Assembly (NCBI GenBank): GCA_031459535.1
Contig: JAVKIJ010000005.1
Coordinates: forward strand, 1-64,000
DNA length: 64,000 nucleotides
Origin: Candidatus Fervidifonticultor quintus
GTDB taxonomy: Bacteria > Sysuimicrobiota > Sysuimicrobiia > Sysuimicrobiales > Humicultoraceae
Direction: 5' to 3'
The notes beneath the pieces are model-generated. The model saw only the letters and a list, made by a program, of their open reading frames with translations, had not been told where the DNA came from and ran no database searches. Position numbers and translations under genes: made by a program. Of this stretch, positions 41,891 through 52,447 are shown one piece after another; within the stretch, counting starts at the first letter, position 1, and every line of letters starts with the position of its first letter.

Positions 41891-43297
41891 GTGGGCAGCT
41901 CGCAGGCGGCGGACGGCCGGCCGGGGGCCTTTGGGGGCCCGATTCGCTTGGGACTGGTCCCCATCGTGCGGCCGCTGTTCCGCGGCGCGCACATGGGCCT
42001 GGTCACCTCGAGCCGCCACGCCCTCGCCAGCCTGGCCGTGCCCCTGGGGTTCGAGCTGGCGTACGTGGCCGACCCGGTCACCGATGCCACCGAAGCCCAG
42101 GCGAGGGCCCGCGAGCTGCAGGCACGGTGGAGCGCGGGAACCCTGGACCTGCTGGTGGTCGAGCACGTCACCTTCGCCACCGGCGATCTGGTTGCCCCGT
42201 TCCTGGAGCTGGCGATGCCGCTGGGCCTCTGGGCCCTGCCCGAGGCCACCACGGAGGGCCCACTGCCGCAGAACGCCCTGTGCGGACTCAATCTCAGCCT
42301 CAGCCTGCTCACACCGCGGACGCTGCCCGTGAAGTGGTTCTACGGCGAGGCGGCAGACGCGCAGTTCCAGACGCGGCTTCGGGTGACCATCCAGGCGCTC
42401 CGCGGCGTCAGGGCCGTCCGGGAGGGACGCCTGCTCTGGGTCGGCGGGACCGCGCCCGGGTTCTATCGGCTGGAATCGCTGCCCGATCTGCCCCTGCGGA
42501 TCTACCGCCTGCCGCTGGAGGCGGCGTTCGATGCGCTGCGCCAGGTGGACGCCGCGCAGGTCGAGGAGCGGCTTGGCACCTGCGACGAGCCCACGGCCAT
42601 GGGGCGTGAAGAGCTGCGCGCCATGGTCAGGCTCGAGATCGCCCTGGAACGGCTGGCCCGGGGCTACGACGGCGTCGCGCTGCGCTGCTGGCCCGAGCTC
42701 CCCGAGCGGGCTGGCAGCATGGCCTGCGCGCCGTGTGGCCGCCTGGCCGACCGTGGGTGTCACATTGCGTGCGAAGGCGACATGGCCGGTCTGGTCTCGA
42801 TGCTGGCCACCGCCGCCGTCACCGGCCGACCGGCGGTGCTCCTCGATCTGTCCCGCAAGGACGACGACGCCCTGCTCTTCTGGCACTGCGGCAACGCGGC
42901 GCGAGCGTGGGCGGCCGGTGGCGAGACCCGTCTCGACCCACACTTCAACCGGGGCCTGCCCGCCGTGCGCCAGATGCGCCTGGAGCCCGGCCCGGCCAGC
43001 GGCCTGCGGTTCCTCGAGCACCGCCGGGCCGCGGTCTACGCCGGTCGCGTGCTCGAGCGCCCGAACGGCTACGACGGTGTCTTCGGCTGGATGGGAGAGC
43101 TGCGCTGGGCCGGCCGCGCCGTCACCGCGGAAGGGTTCCTCGCCAGCGTGCTCAACTACCGGCTGCCGCACCATCTGGTCTGGGGCAGAGGGGATGCCGA
43201 GGCCGCGCTGCTAGAACTGTGCCAGTGGCTCGGGCACGAACCGCTGGCCCCCGACCCGGAGATCACCGTGCTGAGGTGGCCCGCCCGTGGACGTTGA
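41891..43297 (+). CDS. L-fucose/L-arabinose isomerase-like protein (candidate sulfoquinovose isomerase)
   Basis: TFATG, QNALCGLN, ALRCWPE, ACEGD, FWHCG, PHH; GTG 2 nt after the permease stop. Confidence 0.78.
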   Translation: MGSSQAADGRPGAFGGPIRLGLVPIVRPLFRGAHMGLVTSSRHALASLAVPLGFELAYVADPVTDATEAQARARELQARWSAGTLDLLVVEHVTFATGDLVAPFLELAMPLGLWALPEATTEGPLPQNALCGLNLSLSLLTPRTLPVKWFYGEAADAQFQTRLRVTIQALRGVRAVREGRLLWVGGTAPGFYRLESLPDLPLRIYRLPLEAAFDALRQVDAAQVEERLGTCDEPTAMGREELRAMVRLEIALERLARGYDGVALRCWPELPERAGSMACAPCGRLADRGCHIACEGDMAGLVSMLATAAVTGRPAVLLDLSRKDDDALLFWHCGNAARAWAAGGETRLDPHFNRGLPAVRQMRLEPGPASGLRFLEHRRAAVYAGRVLERPNGYDGVFGWMGELRWAGRAVTAEGFLASVLNYRLPHHLVWGRGDAEAALLELCQWLGHEPLAPDPEITVLRWPARGR

Positions 43298-45455
43298 CCT
43301 CAATGCGCTTCGCCCGCTGGAGGACCTGTCGCTACGGTCGGCGGCTGCGGCCAGCGCGCAGCTCACCACCGAGGCCGCCGCGCTGGCGGCCGAGTGCTAC
43401 GCGCCCGGCACCTTCCGGCTCCGGTTCGCCGCCAGCCCTGACCAGGCGGGACCAGACTACGGGCTCCTGATCGCGAAACCGTCCCCTCCACCGCAAGCAC
43501 GGTTCGAGGTCGCGGGAGGCGTCTTTCGCCTGACGGCTGAAGAGGTGTCACTGGAGTTGATCCCGCGGCCGGTCCGGCTGCGGCTGGTGCGCGGCGGTAG
43601 CACGCTGCTCGAGTCCACCGGCGACGGGCACATCCGCGGCGGCCTGCGCATCCCGGCGCTCGCCACGGAGACCGGCGGCGCGGCCTGGTGGATGGCGCTC
43701 GGCCTTGGCAGCTGCGAGCCGGTCTACGGCCTGGGCGAAAAGTTCGGCCCCCTGAATCACCGCAGTCAGCTGGTCATCTCGTGGAATGAAGACGCGCTGG
43801 GCACGAACACCGAGCGGTCCTACAAGAACGCGCCGTTCGCCTGGAGCCCGCAGGGCTGGGGGGTGTTCGTCCACACCACGGCCCGCGTCCTCCACGGCGT
43901 CGGCTATCCGCAGTGGTCGCAGCGGAGCTACATCGTGCGCGTGGCGGACCCGGTGCTGGACGTGTTCCTGGTGACCGGCGCGTCGCCAGCGGAGATCCTC
44001 GAGCGCTACACCCACCTGGTCGGCCGGCCGCCGCTACTGCCCCGGTGGAGTTACGGCGTGTGGATGTCGCGGTGCTACTATCGCACAGCCGATGAGGCCA
44101 TGGAGGCCGCGCGCGGGCTGCGCGAGCGTCGCATCCCCGCCGACGTGCTCGTGCTGGACGGCCGGGCGTGGTTGAAGGTCGAGACCCGATTCGCGTTTGA
44201 ATGGGACCGCCAGCGATATCCCGATCCCGCGGCGTTCGCCCGCCAGCTCCGGGCCCTGAACTTCCGGCTGTGCGTGTGGGAGTATCCATACGTCTCGGTG
44301 CACCACCCGCTCTTCTCAGAACTGGCGAAGAAGGGCTACCTGCTGCGCACCGGCCAGGGAGACCCCTATGTCTACCAGTGGGATCCGGAACCGTTCGGCG
44401 AGTTCCTCACCCCGCTGCCGCCCAGCGGCATAGTGGACTTCACCAACCCCGAGGCCTACGCATGGTACCGGGACGCCCACCAGCAGCTCTTCGCGCAGGG
44501 CGTGGACGTCATCAAGACCGACTTCGGAGAGCAGGTCCCCGTTGATGCCCTGGCCGCCAACGGCGATGGCGGTGCACGGCTGCACAACGCCTACTCCCTG
44601 CTCTACAACCGCTGCGTGTTCGAGGCGACCGCGAAGCATGCTCCGGGCGGCGCGTTGGTCTGGGGCCGGTCGGGCTGGGCCGGGAGCCAGCGCTATCCCA
44701 TCCAGTGGGGCGGTGATCCGCAGGCCGATTGGGAAGGCCTCGCCGCCAGCATCCGGGGCGGGCTCTCGTGGGGCGCCTCGGGCGTCCCGTTCTACAGCCA
44801 CGATATCGGTGGATTCTACCATACGACGCCCGGCGCCATGCCCGATGCCGAACTCTACATCCGTTGGACACAGGCCGGCGTCATGGCATCCCATACGCGC
44901 TTTCACGGCACCAGCCCGCGGGAGCCGTGGCACTACGGCCAGGTGGCTGAAGAGATCGTGCGGCGCTGGCTCCAGTGGCGGTACCGTCTGATTCCATACC
45001 TGGAGGCGTGCGCATTCGAGGCGCACCGCACCGGACTGCCGGTGATGCGGGCGATGCCCATCGCCGTGCCCGACGATCCGGCGTCTTGGGCGTTCGAGCA
45101 CCAGTACCTGCTCGGGCCGTCGCTGCTGGTAGCACCGGTCATCGAACCTGGCGGGGTGGTGCGCCTCTACCTGCCCGCAGGCGGATGGTGCGATCTCAAC
45201 AACGGCGAGTGGTTCGAGGGGCCGGCGGTGCTGGAACGCGCCGTGCCGCTGGACAAGATGCCGGTCTACGGCCGCGAGGGACACATGTTGCCCCTGGGCC
45301 CGGTCGTCCAGCATACGGGCGAGCTGGGCGAGGGCGTTCAGCTCGAGGAGCTGTGGCTCTTTGGGACGCCGCAGGTAGGGGTAGCGTGGCCCGACCTGGC
45401 CATCGAGCCGGACCTGCGCGGGGTGCCTCCAGGCGTGCGCGTCTGGCGCTGGTAA
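43287..45455 (+). CDS. GH31 alpha-glycosidase (YicI-like motifs)
   Basis: YGLGEKFG, YKNAPF, nucleophile IKTDFGE, acid/base WGGD, SHDIGGF, RFHG..PREPW. Confidence 0.92.
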   Translation: MDVDLNALRPLEDLSLRSAAAASAQLTTEAAALAAECYAPGTFRLRFAASPDQAGPDYGLLIAKPSPPPQARFEVAGGVFRLTAEEVSLELIPRPVRLRLVRGGSTLLESTGDGHIRGGLRIPALATETGGAAWWMALGLGSCEPVYGLGEKFGPLNHRSQLVISWNEDALGTNTERSYKNAPFAWSPQGWGVFVHTTARVLHGVGYPQWSQRSYIVRVADPVLDVFLVTGASPAEILERYTHLVGRPPLLPRWSYGVWMSRCYYRTADEAMEAARGLRERRIPADVLVLDGRAWLKVETRFAFEWDRQRYPDPAAFARQLRALNFRLCVWEYPYVSVHHPLFSELAKKGYLLRTGQGDPYVYQWDPEPFGEFLTPLPPSGIVDFTNPEAYAWYRDAHQQLFAQGVDVIKTDFGEQVPVDALAANGDGGARLHNAYSLLYNRCVFEATAKHAPGGALVWGRSGWAGSQRYPIQWGGDPQADWEGLAASIRGGLSWGASGVPFYSHDIGGFYHTTPGAMPDAELYIRWTQAGVMASHTRFHGTSPREPWHYGQVAEEIVRRWLQWRYRLIPYLEACAFEAHRTGLPVMRAMPIAVPDDPASWAFEHQYLLGPSLLVAPVIEPGGVVRLYLPAGGWCDLNNGEWFEGPAVLERAVPLDKMPVYGREGHMLPLGPVVQHTGELGEGVQLEELWLFGTPQVGVAWPDLAIEPDLRGVPPGVRVWRW

Positions 45456-45496
45456 CGCGATGTCTGACCAACATCAGGCGCAGGGTTGGCCTGCGC

Positions 45497-46651
45497 TCAG
45501 GCCGCCTGGAGAGCCTCGATCAATGCGTCTATGTCCTCCGGCGCGTTGTACAGATGGGGTGACACCCGAATCCCGTAGGGACGCAGCGCGGTGATCACGT
45601 CCCTCTGCAAGAGATGGGCGCGCAGCGCCTCATCGCGCTCGAGGTCGCCCGTCGTGAAGCTCAGGATGGTCGAGCGCGTCTGTAGCCGCAGGGACGACGT
45701 GACGGTGAACCCGAGCCGCCGCAGCCCGGCGGTCAACCGGTCCAGCAGTGCCACGACATGGGCGTGGATGCGCTCCACGCCGGCTTCGACCAGCAGCCCC
45801 AGCGACCGTTCCAGGACCACCTGCGCCGCCGTGCAGTCGCCGCCGACCTGGTAGCGCATCGCGTCCTCTTTCCAGACCAGGGCGGGACGATCCATCAGCG
45901 ACGTGCAGACGCTCTCCTGCCCGGCCCGGTCCGGCACCAGGGCGGGCATCGCGTCCCGCCGCACGTAGAAGACCGCCGCCCCGGGAATGCCCATCAGCCA
46001 CTTGTAGCACCCGGCCACGAGCACGTCGGCCTGCATCTGTTGCACGTCCACCGGGGTGGCGCCCAGGCTCTGGATCGCATCCACCACGAGCAGGATGCCA
46101 CGGGACCGACATATCTGCCCCAGTCGCCCCACATCCACGAGATATCCCGAGGCCCACTGGACGTGGCTGATGGACACGGCGCGGGTGCGGCTGTCGATCG
46201 CGGCGCACAGCGCGTCCATGTCCACGTGTCCCAGCGGCGCAGGCACAAGGCGCGCCTCGACGCCGCGGCGGGCCAGGTTCAGCCAGGGGTAGACCACCCC
46301 GGGATACTCGCACTCCGGCAGCACCACGTTATCGCCGGGCCGCCAGTCTATGGCGTTGGCCGCGATGGCGACCCCGTCGCAGGTCGACGGCACGAAGGTG
46401 ACCTCTGAGGGGTCGGCGTTGATGGTCGCCGCCACCAGCCGGCGCAGCGGGCCGCAGTCGTAGTCCTCGGCGTTGGCCTTGTAGCGCAGGTGCTTGCGCT
46501 GGGCACGGGCGGCATAGGCGGCCAGCGCCTGGGCAGACCGGGCCGGCAGCGGCGAGGAGCCGGCATGGTTGAGGAAGGCACACTCGGCGGCAAGGGGAAA
46601 TTCCCGGAACCGCAGGTGCTGAAAGTCAATGCCCGGCGAGATGGTCGTCAC
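45497..46651 (-). CDS. Class V PLP-dependent aminotransferase-fold enzyme
   Basis: FLNHAGSSP, VDAIQSLG, GCYKWLMG (PLP Lys), IRVSPHLYN; no desulfurase Cys loop is evident. Confidence 0.9.
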   Translation of the reverse strand: MTTISPGIDFQHLRFREFPLAAECAFLNHAGSSPLPARSAQALAAYAARAQRKHLRYKANAEDYDCGPLRRLVAATINADPSEVTFVPSTCDGVAIAANAIDWRPGDNVVLPECEYPGVVYPWLNLARRGVEARLVPAPLGHVDMDALCAAIDSRTRAVSISHVQWASGYLVDVGRLGQICRSRGILLVVDAIQSLGATPVDVQQMQADVLVAGCYKWLMGIPGAAVFYVRRDAMPALVPDRAGQESVCTSLMDRPALVWKEDAMRYQVGGDCTAAQVVLERSLGLLVEAGVERIHAHVVALLDRLTAGLRRLGFTVTSSLRLQTRSTILSFTTGDLERDEALRAHLLQRDVITALRPYGIRVSPHLYNAPEDIDALIEALQAA

Positions 46652-46720
46652 GGCTTCACCCCTTTGCGTGCACAAGACTCTTTGGTACAACCCAGCCCGA
46701 AGGATCCGCCCGCGCTGAAC

Positions 46721-49234
46721 CTATCCGTGAGCGCGCGGTACCCAGGCCAGCCCGAGCGCGCGCACGGTGACGCCGGCCCGCTTTGGCCTCACGACCACGG
46801 TTTCCAGCGGATCGCTGGCGGGATCGAAGGCGCCGATTGCGTTGTCGGTTTCGGCAGTGATCTGCGCCTCGAGCTCGGCGAGCTGCTGGCGAAGTACAGC
46901 GACCGTCTCCTGTGCCCGTCGCACATCCTGTGCCTCTTTGTACGACCGGCTGGCTCCACGGGCCGTGGTGGTCGCGCGCCCCAGCGTGCCCGCGGTCGCC
47001 GCCCGGCGGCCCATCAACGCCCCAAGCAAGGTCGCGCCCAACGACACCGCAGTCTGGATCTGCTGCTGCTGGACCTGGAGTTTCTCCCGCTCGACGGCCT
47101 CCTGAGCCCGCCGCAGGCGCTCGGTCAGCGAGGCCACCTTCTGCCCGTACTTCTGGCGCAGGCGTTCCACCACCTGATCGCGCTTCTCCCGTACTACGGT
47201 CTGCAGCCGGATGCGGAAATCGCGCTCCGACTCCCCGGGCTGAGACGTTTCGCCTGACGGCGGATGGCGGTACAGCACCAGCGACTGCGCCTGGAGCAGC
47301 CACCGCGCGAACTCTTTGCCCCACACCTCGTAGCTCTTGGGCCTGGCGGCCGGTGGCGGGAGGTCGCCAAAGGTCGCCGGCTGCGTTGGCTCAGTGTGCA
47401 GCTCGTGCACGCCGAAGCTGGCCGTCTGAGAGGCGGCCCAGTCCACCGCCACGACGCCGCGCCCGAGCGGTGCCAGGGCCACGAACTCCCGGACCAGATC
47501 GACCCCAAGCTTGGGGTCGTGGAACCGCACCTGGGCGGCGCCCAGCAACATCGGCTCATATCGAATAAGCCCAGACCCCTCCCCCGGAACGAAGTATTGC
47601 GGAATGTCCGGCGGCAGCAGGGGACGGCCAAGGCCTGCAGCCAGGGGCGCCGGGGGAATCGTGGCTGCCGGCTCCGCAGCGGCGGCGGTCACGGAGGACG
47701 CAGGGGCCGGCGCAGCCGCCGGCGTGGGTGCGCTGGGCCCCTCCGCGGCCTTGAATGCGGGTCGCAGTGGATCCATCAGGCGCTTGATCTGGTCCTGGGT
47801 GAGCGGACCGCGCAGATACGACATCGCCCACCGCGTCTGGAAGACGACCGGCGCGTCCCCGTGCACGTTGTGCAGTAGGAAGATGCGCCTCCCCAATCCT
47901 GAGAGCAGCGTGTCCATGCGGGCCCGGTCAAACGACCCGCCGGCGGTGGCGGCTACTCCCTCCAGGCCTTCCAGGACGCGGACCTTGTCGCGTTCCGTCT
48001 GCAGCCGACCGAGGAACCAGGTGCCGGCGTTGGCGAGGCCCTTGTAGTCCAGATCGACCGGATTCTGCGTCGCCAGCAGCACGCCCAGTCCGAAGGCCCG
48101 AGCCTGCTTGAGGAGGGCCAGCAGCGGCGGCTTCGACGGAGGGTTGGCCACCGGGGGGAAGAACCCGAAGATTTCGTCCATGTAGAGCACCGCCCGCAGG
48201 CTGGTGGTCCCCGATTGTCCGCGGACCCACCCGAGCACCTGATTGAGCAGGAGCGAGACGAAAAACATGCGCTCGGCATCGGTCAGATGGGCAATCGAAA
48301 AGATGGCAACGCGGGGCTTGCCGGCCGGCGTGTACAGGAACCGACCCACGTCCATCGGCTCGCCCTCGGTCCAGACGGTGAAGTCCGGCGAGGCCAGCAA
48401 GTTGTTGAGGCGGATCGCCAGTTCGAACCGCTGCGCGGACGGATAGAACGTCTCCAGGTCCAACACGCCCACCCGCTGGACCGGCGGGTTCTGAATCTGA
48501 TGGATCAGGCCGGCCAGGTCGAGATCCGCGCCGGCCCGCCAGGCCGCATCGAGGATCGTGGAGATCAGGATGTGTTCACGACTCTGCAGCGGATCCGACT
48601 GCACGCCCACCAGCGCCAGCAGACCCGTCACCGTGCCGCTGACACGGTCGGCCAGCGCTTCCCGATCCTCCCGCACCGCAGGCGGCGGGGCCTGGAGTGA
48701 GCTGAGGACCGAGACCGGGACGCCCGCGGTGCTGCCGGGTGTGTAGATGACGAACTCAGCCGCCTCCCGCAGGCGTCGGATGCGGCCGCCGTCCTGTCCC
48801 CACTCGGCCAACCCCTTCGCCCACATGGCGGCCTGCTGCCTGGCGAACTCCAGAGGCGCGAGGTTGGCCGCACGGGCGTCGTCCTCGTCAATCCATGGCA
48901 GGAAGTCTTCGGGGCGCAGGTCGGGAAACGCCAGCAGCAGGTTGCCGAGATCGCCCTTGGGGTCGATGGCGATGGCCGGCACACCGTCCAGCGCGGCTTC
49001 CTCTAACAGCGCGAGGCACAGGCCGGTCTTGCCGCTCCCGGTCATACCCACGCACACCGCGTGGGTCACCAGATCCTTCGCGTCGTAGAGGATGAAGCCA
49101 TCTGTGGGTCTCCCCTGGTCGATGTCGTAGGGGCGCCCCAGGTAAAACACGCCCAGCCCCTCGAAGGAGTGTGGCGCATCGGGTCGGGGTGCAGCTCCCT
49201 CCGTCTGGCGCAGCTGGCGGCGACGTGTCGGCAC
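46721..49234 (-). CDS. HerA/FtsK-superfamily ATPase (DUF87/DUF853-like) with C-terminal coiled coil
   Basis: THAVCVGMTGSGKT, IDPKGD, YMDEIFG, KQARAFG, LATQNPVDLDYK. Confidence 0.88.
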   Translation of the reverse strand: MPTRRRQLRQTEGAAPRPDAPHSFEGLGVFYLGRPYDIDQGRPTDGFILYDAKDLVTHAVCVGMTGSGKTGLCLALLEEAALDGVPAIAIDPKGDLGNLLLAFPDLRPEDFLPWIDEDDARAANLAPLEFARQQAAMWAKGLAEWGQDGGRIRRLREAAEFVIYTPGSTAGVPVSVLSSLQAPPPAVREDREALADRVSGTVTGLLALVGVQSDPLQSREHILISTILDAAWRAGADLDLAGLIHQIQNPPVQRVGVLDLETFYPSAQRFELAIRLNNLLASPDFTVWTEGEPMDVGRFLYTPAGKPRVAIFSIAHLTDAERMFFVSLLLNQVLGWVRGQSGTTSLRAVLYMDEIFGFFPPVANPPSKPPLLALLKQARAFGLGVLLATQNPVDLDYKGLANAGTWFLGRLQTERDKVRVLEGLEGVAATAGGSFDRARMDTLLSGLGRRIFLLHNVHGDAPVVFQTRWAMSYLRGPLTQDQIKRLMDPLRPAFKAAEGPSAPTPAAAPAPASSVTAAAAEPAATIPPAPLAAGLGRPLLPPDIPQYFVPGEGSGLIRYEPMLLGAAQVRFHDPKLGVDLVREFVALAPLGRGVVAVDWAASQTASFGVHELHTEPTQPATFGDLPPPAARPKSYEVWGKEFARWLLQAQSLVLYRHPPSGETSQPGESERDFRIRLQTVVREKRDQVVERLRQKYGQKVASLTERLRRAQEAVEREKLQVQQQQIQTAVSLGATLLGALMGRRAATAGTLGRATTTARGASRSYKEAQDVRRAQETVAVLRQQLAELEAQITAETDNAIGAFDPASDPLETVVVRPKRAGVTVRALGLAWVPRAHG

Positions 49235-49253
49235 CGTCGGGCCCTCCCGATGA

Positions 49254-49688
49254 CTATGACGACAACTGAGACGTGCAGTGCGGGCAGCGCTTGGCCACCA
49301 GCGGAATGCTCATCCCGCACTGGGGGCACTCCTTGGCGGCGGGCGCGGCGACCGGGGCCTCGCGCCTGAAGCGGTTGGTGATCCTGACCACCTGGAAGAC
49401 GGCAAACGCGACGATCAGGAAGTTGACGACCGCATTGAGAAACGCCCCATACGCGATCACCGCAGCGCCGGCTTCCCTGGCGGCCTTGAGGCTGGGGTAG
49501 GTCTGACCCGAGAGGTTGATGAACAGGTTGGAGAAGTCGACCCTCCCAAGGGCCAGCCCGACGGGCGGCATGACGATGTCGCTGACGAACGAGTTGACAA
49601 TGGCGCCAAACGCTGCGCCGATAATGATGCCCACCGCGAGATCCACCACACTCCCTCGCAGGGCGAACTCCTTGAACTCTTTCCACAC
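49254..49688 (-). CDS. mscL: Large-conductance mechanosensitive channel with C-terminal zinc ribbon
   Basis: [44 protein letters not shown]...CPHC tail. Confidence 0.95.
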   Translation of the reverse strand: MWKEFKEFALRGSVVDLAVGIIIGAAFGAIVNSFVSDIVMPPVGLALGRVDFSNLFINLSGQTYPSLKAAREAGAAVIAYGAFLNAVVNFLIVAFAVFQVVRITNRFRREAPVAAPAAKECPQCGMSIPLVAKRCPHCTSQLSS

Positions 49689-49865
49689 GGCCGCTCACCT
49701 CCTGGCGATGGCGCCGTCGCCATCGTGCTTCGCCCCGCCCCCCGTCGTCCCCTACAGGTGCCGGGCCGTATGATCACGTACTACAATCCAGGTAATGCAG
49801 GCTTTTCCGCAGCCGCACAGGCGGCTTGGTGCAGGAATTCTCAGGAGCCGCAGGGAGGGCTCGGC

Positions 49866-50564
49866 GTGAACACCATCGCGATGATCACCGTGGGCCAGGC
49901 GCCGCGCGACGACCTGGTGCCGCACATGGCCCAGGTCTTCAGCCGCAAAGTGACCATCTGGCAGGCGGGGGTGCTCGACGGGCTCTCGCGGGAGGCCATG
50001 GCCGACCTCGCTCCCGACCTCGGTGAGGTGGGCATCGTCGCCCGGCTGCTGGACGGCTCCAATGTCCTGCTCTCCCACGGAAAGATCCTCCCCAGGGTGC
50101 AGGCGCTGGTCGACCGGGCGGTGGCCCAGGGCGCCGGGCTCATCGTTATCCTCTGCGGCGCCGACTGGTCAGCGCTGCGCTCGCCTACGCTGATCGTCAA
50201 CCCGGGCAAGGTCTTCCCGGCCGTCGTCTCGGCCCTGGCCTCGGGGTGGAGGCTCGGGGTGATCAAACCTTCGCCAGGACAGATCCAGCAGGCCCGCAGG
50301 CAGTTTGCCGAGCGCGGCATCCAGGCCGTGGTCACGGCGGCATCGCCGTACACGGGCGAGCAGCGCCTGCGGGATGTCCGCGCGGCGGCCGAGGAGCTCC
50401 GGGCCGCGGGTGTGGACCTGGTCTGGATGACCTGTGTGGGGATGGACGAAGCGATGCGCGCCGTCGTGCGGGAGGTCACCGGCAAACCGGTCATCCTGGC
50501 CCGCACGATTCTCGCCCGCATCATCGACGAGTTCCTGACCGCGGAACGGGTGCCGGTCCGGTAG
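49866..50564 (+). CDS. AroM-family protein
   Basis: ITVGQAPRDDL, GVLDGLS, RLLDGS, ILCG, AASPY, MTCVG. Confidence 0.85.
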   Translation: MNTIAMITVGQAPRDDLVPHMAQVFSRKVTIWQAGVLDGLSREAMADLAPDLGEVGIVARLLDGSNVLLSHGKILPRVQALVDRAVAQGAGLIVILCGADWSALRSPTLIVNPGKVFPAVVSALASGWRLGVIKPSPGQIQQARRQFAERGIQAVVTAASPYTGEQRLRDVRAAAEELRAAGVDLVWMTCVGMDEAMRAVVREVTGKPVILARTILARIIDEFLTAERVPVR

Positions 50565-50622
50565 CCGCGCTCCAGTTGTTTGATCTTTCGTGTCGTCTCA
50601 TACACCATGAGGAGGGTCCTGC

Positions 50623-52437
50623 ATGGCCATCGCACGCACGGCATCGTCGTTCGAAGAGCGCATGCGCCGCGCTGTGTCCGTGCGGCGCCTGCGGGCGCAC
50701 CTGGAGAAGTTCTCGACGTTGCACCGCGAGGCCGGCAGCGCCGACGAGCGCGCCGCCGTGGACTATATCGCCGAGACCCTGCGGACCGATGGCGTGGAGG
50801 TGGCGATCCACGAGTTTCGCGGTTTCGTGAGCTTGCCGCGGGACGCCTCGCTGGACGTGCTGACGCCTGACCCGATGAGCATCCCCTGCCGGCCCAGGTC
50901 GTTTGGGGCCAACACGCCGCCCGGCGGGCTGGAGGGCGAGCTGGTCTTCGCCGGCTCGCTGGAGGAAGACCGCAGCAAGATGATCTTCGCCCGCACAGGC
51001 GAAGACCGCGACTACGAGGGCATCGACGCCCGAGGCAAAGTCGTCCTGGGCACGGCCGGTGGCCCCGACGGCGTCAAACGCGCTTCCGACCACGGCGCCA
51101 TCGCCTACATCCACATGTGGCCCTCGGGCGAAGACGCCATTCATGAGATGATCGTCACCAGCATCTGGGGCACGCCGACACCCGAGTCCATCGGCCGGCT
51201 GCCCAGGATCCCGGCGCTCTCCATCAAGAAGGCCGACGGCCAACGGCTGCGGGCGATGATGGCCGGGGGCCCGGTGCGCGTGCGCATCCACGCCAGGGCC
51301 GAGACCGGCTGGCGCACGTTGCCCCTGGCCGTAGCAGACATCAGGGGCGCGGAGCCCGAGTTCCTGCTGGTGGGCGCCCACATTGACTCGTGGTACGAGG
51401 GCGTCACCGACAATGCCACGGGCGACGCGTGCCTGCTGGAGATGGCGCGGGTACTGAACACGCAGCGGGCCAGGCTGCGCCGCGGCGTGCGCTTCGCCTG
51501 GTGGCCGGGCCACTCCCACGGCCGGTACGCCGGCTCGACCTGGTATGCCGACCACGCCTTCGACGACCTGCGCCGGTACGCGCTGGGTTATCTCAACATC
51601 GACTCTCCCGGCGTGCGCGAGACCGCCATCTTCGACTGCCGCTACAACATGGGGGAAGTCGAGGATTTGATGAAGCGCACGGTGCCCGAGGTCACCGGGC
51701 AGTCACCCAACATCCGCCGGCCCTTCAAGGCCGGCGACCAGTCGTTCTGGGGCATCGGGCTCCCCTCGCTGGGCGCCTTCCGGATGCTGCCCCTCGATCA
51801 CCCCGAGCGGGCCACGGTGGGCGGGTCAGGCGCCGGCTGGTGGTGGCACACGCCCGCCGACACGCTGGAACAGGCCGATCCGGCCATCCTGGCCGGCGAC
51901 ACGCAGCTCTATCTCACCATCGCGGCCCGGGTGGTCATGCCGCCGGTGCTGCCGTTCAACTTCGCACCGACCGCCCGGGACTTCTCCACCCTGCTCGTCG
52001 AGCTGCGCGAGGCGGCCGGCGGCGGAGGGGTGTCGCTCGACGATCTGGTTGTGAGAGCGCAGCGCCTCGAGGAACTGGCCGAACGGCTCGAACGCGCCCG
52101 CGCGGCACTGGCCGACGCCGCCGGGGAACGCAAGCCAGGCCGCCGGGCGAGCCAGCGGATCGCGCGCCTCAACCGGGGCCTGATGGCGCTCTCGCGCATC
52201 CTGAACCCGGTCCTCTACACGGTGGAGGGCCCCTACGACCACGACCCGGCTCTGCAGATTCCCATGCTGCCCGGGTTGCAAGGGGTGAGGAGACTGGCTT
52301 CGCTCGACCCCGACTCAGACGAATACGGCTTCCTGCGGACCCGCCTGGTGCGGGAGCGCAACCGGGTCGCCGACGCGCTGGCCAGCGCCGCCGACCACGT
52401 GGAGTGGCTCCTGGCGGATAGCGGCGCCCCGGCGTGA
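50623..52437 (+). CDS. M28-family metallopeptidase with PA domain
   Basis: GAHIDSW, DNATG, WPGHSHGRYAGS, NIDSPG, WWHTPAD. Confidence 0.88.
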   Translation: MAIARTASSFEERMRRAVSVRRLRAHLEKFSTLHREAGSADERAAVDYIAETLRTDGVEVAIHEFRGFVSLPRDASLDVLTPDPMSIPCRPRSFGANTPPGGLEGELVFAGSLEEDRSKMIFARTGEDRDYEGIDARGKVVLGTAGGPDGVKRASDHGAIAYIHMWPSGEDAIHEMIVTSIWGTPTPESIGRLPRIPALSIKKADGQRLRAMMAGGPVRVRIHARAETGWRTLPLAVADIRGAEPEFLLVGAHIDSWYEGVTDNATGDACLLEMARVLNTQRARLRRGVRFAWWPGHSHGRYAGSTWYADHAFDDLRRYALGYLNIDSPGVRETAIFDCRYNMGEVEDLMKRTVPEVTGQSPNIRRPFKAGDQSFWGIGLPSLGAFRMLPLDHPERATVGGSGAGWWWHTPADTLEQADPAILAGDTQLYLTIAARVVMPPVLPFNFAPTARDFSTLLVELREAAGGGGVSLDDLVVRAQRLEELAERLERARAALADAAGERKPGRRASQRIARLNRGLMALSRILNPVLYTVEGPYDHDPALQIPMLPGLQGVRRLASLDPDSDEYGFLRTRLVRERNRVADALASAADHVEWLLADSGAPA

Positions 52438-52447
52438 GGCTTCAGGC

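Noticed and set aside
45497-46651. Selenocysteine lyase or cysteine desulfurase linked to the selenoprotein or sulfur genes
   Set aside because: No catalytic Cys loop is visible near the C-terminus, and the gene is in a separate convergent unit.
46721-49234. HerA-like ATPase as an anti-phage system
   Set aside because: No nuclease, Sir2 or other effector partner; flanked by mscL and a PLP enzyme, consistent with a widespread standalone family.
49254-49330. Zinc-ribbon tail on MscL
   Set aside because: A known, common MscL variant.
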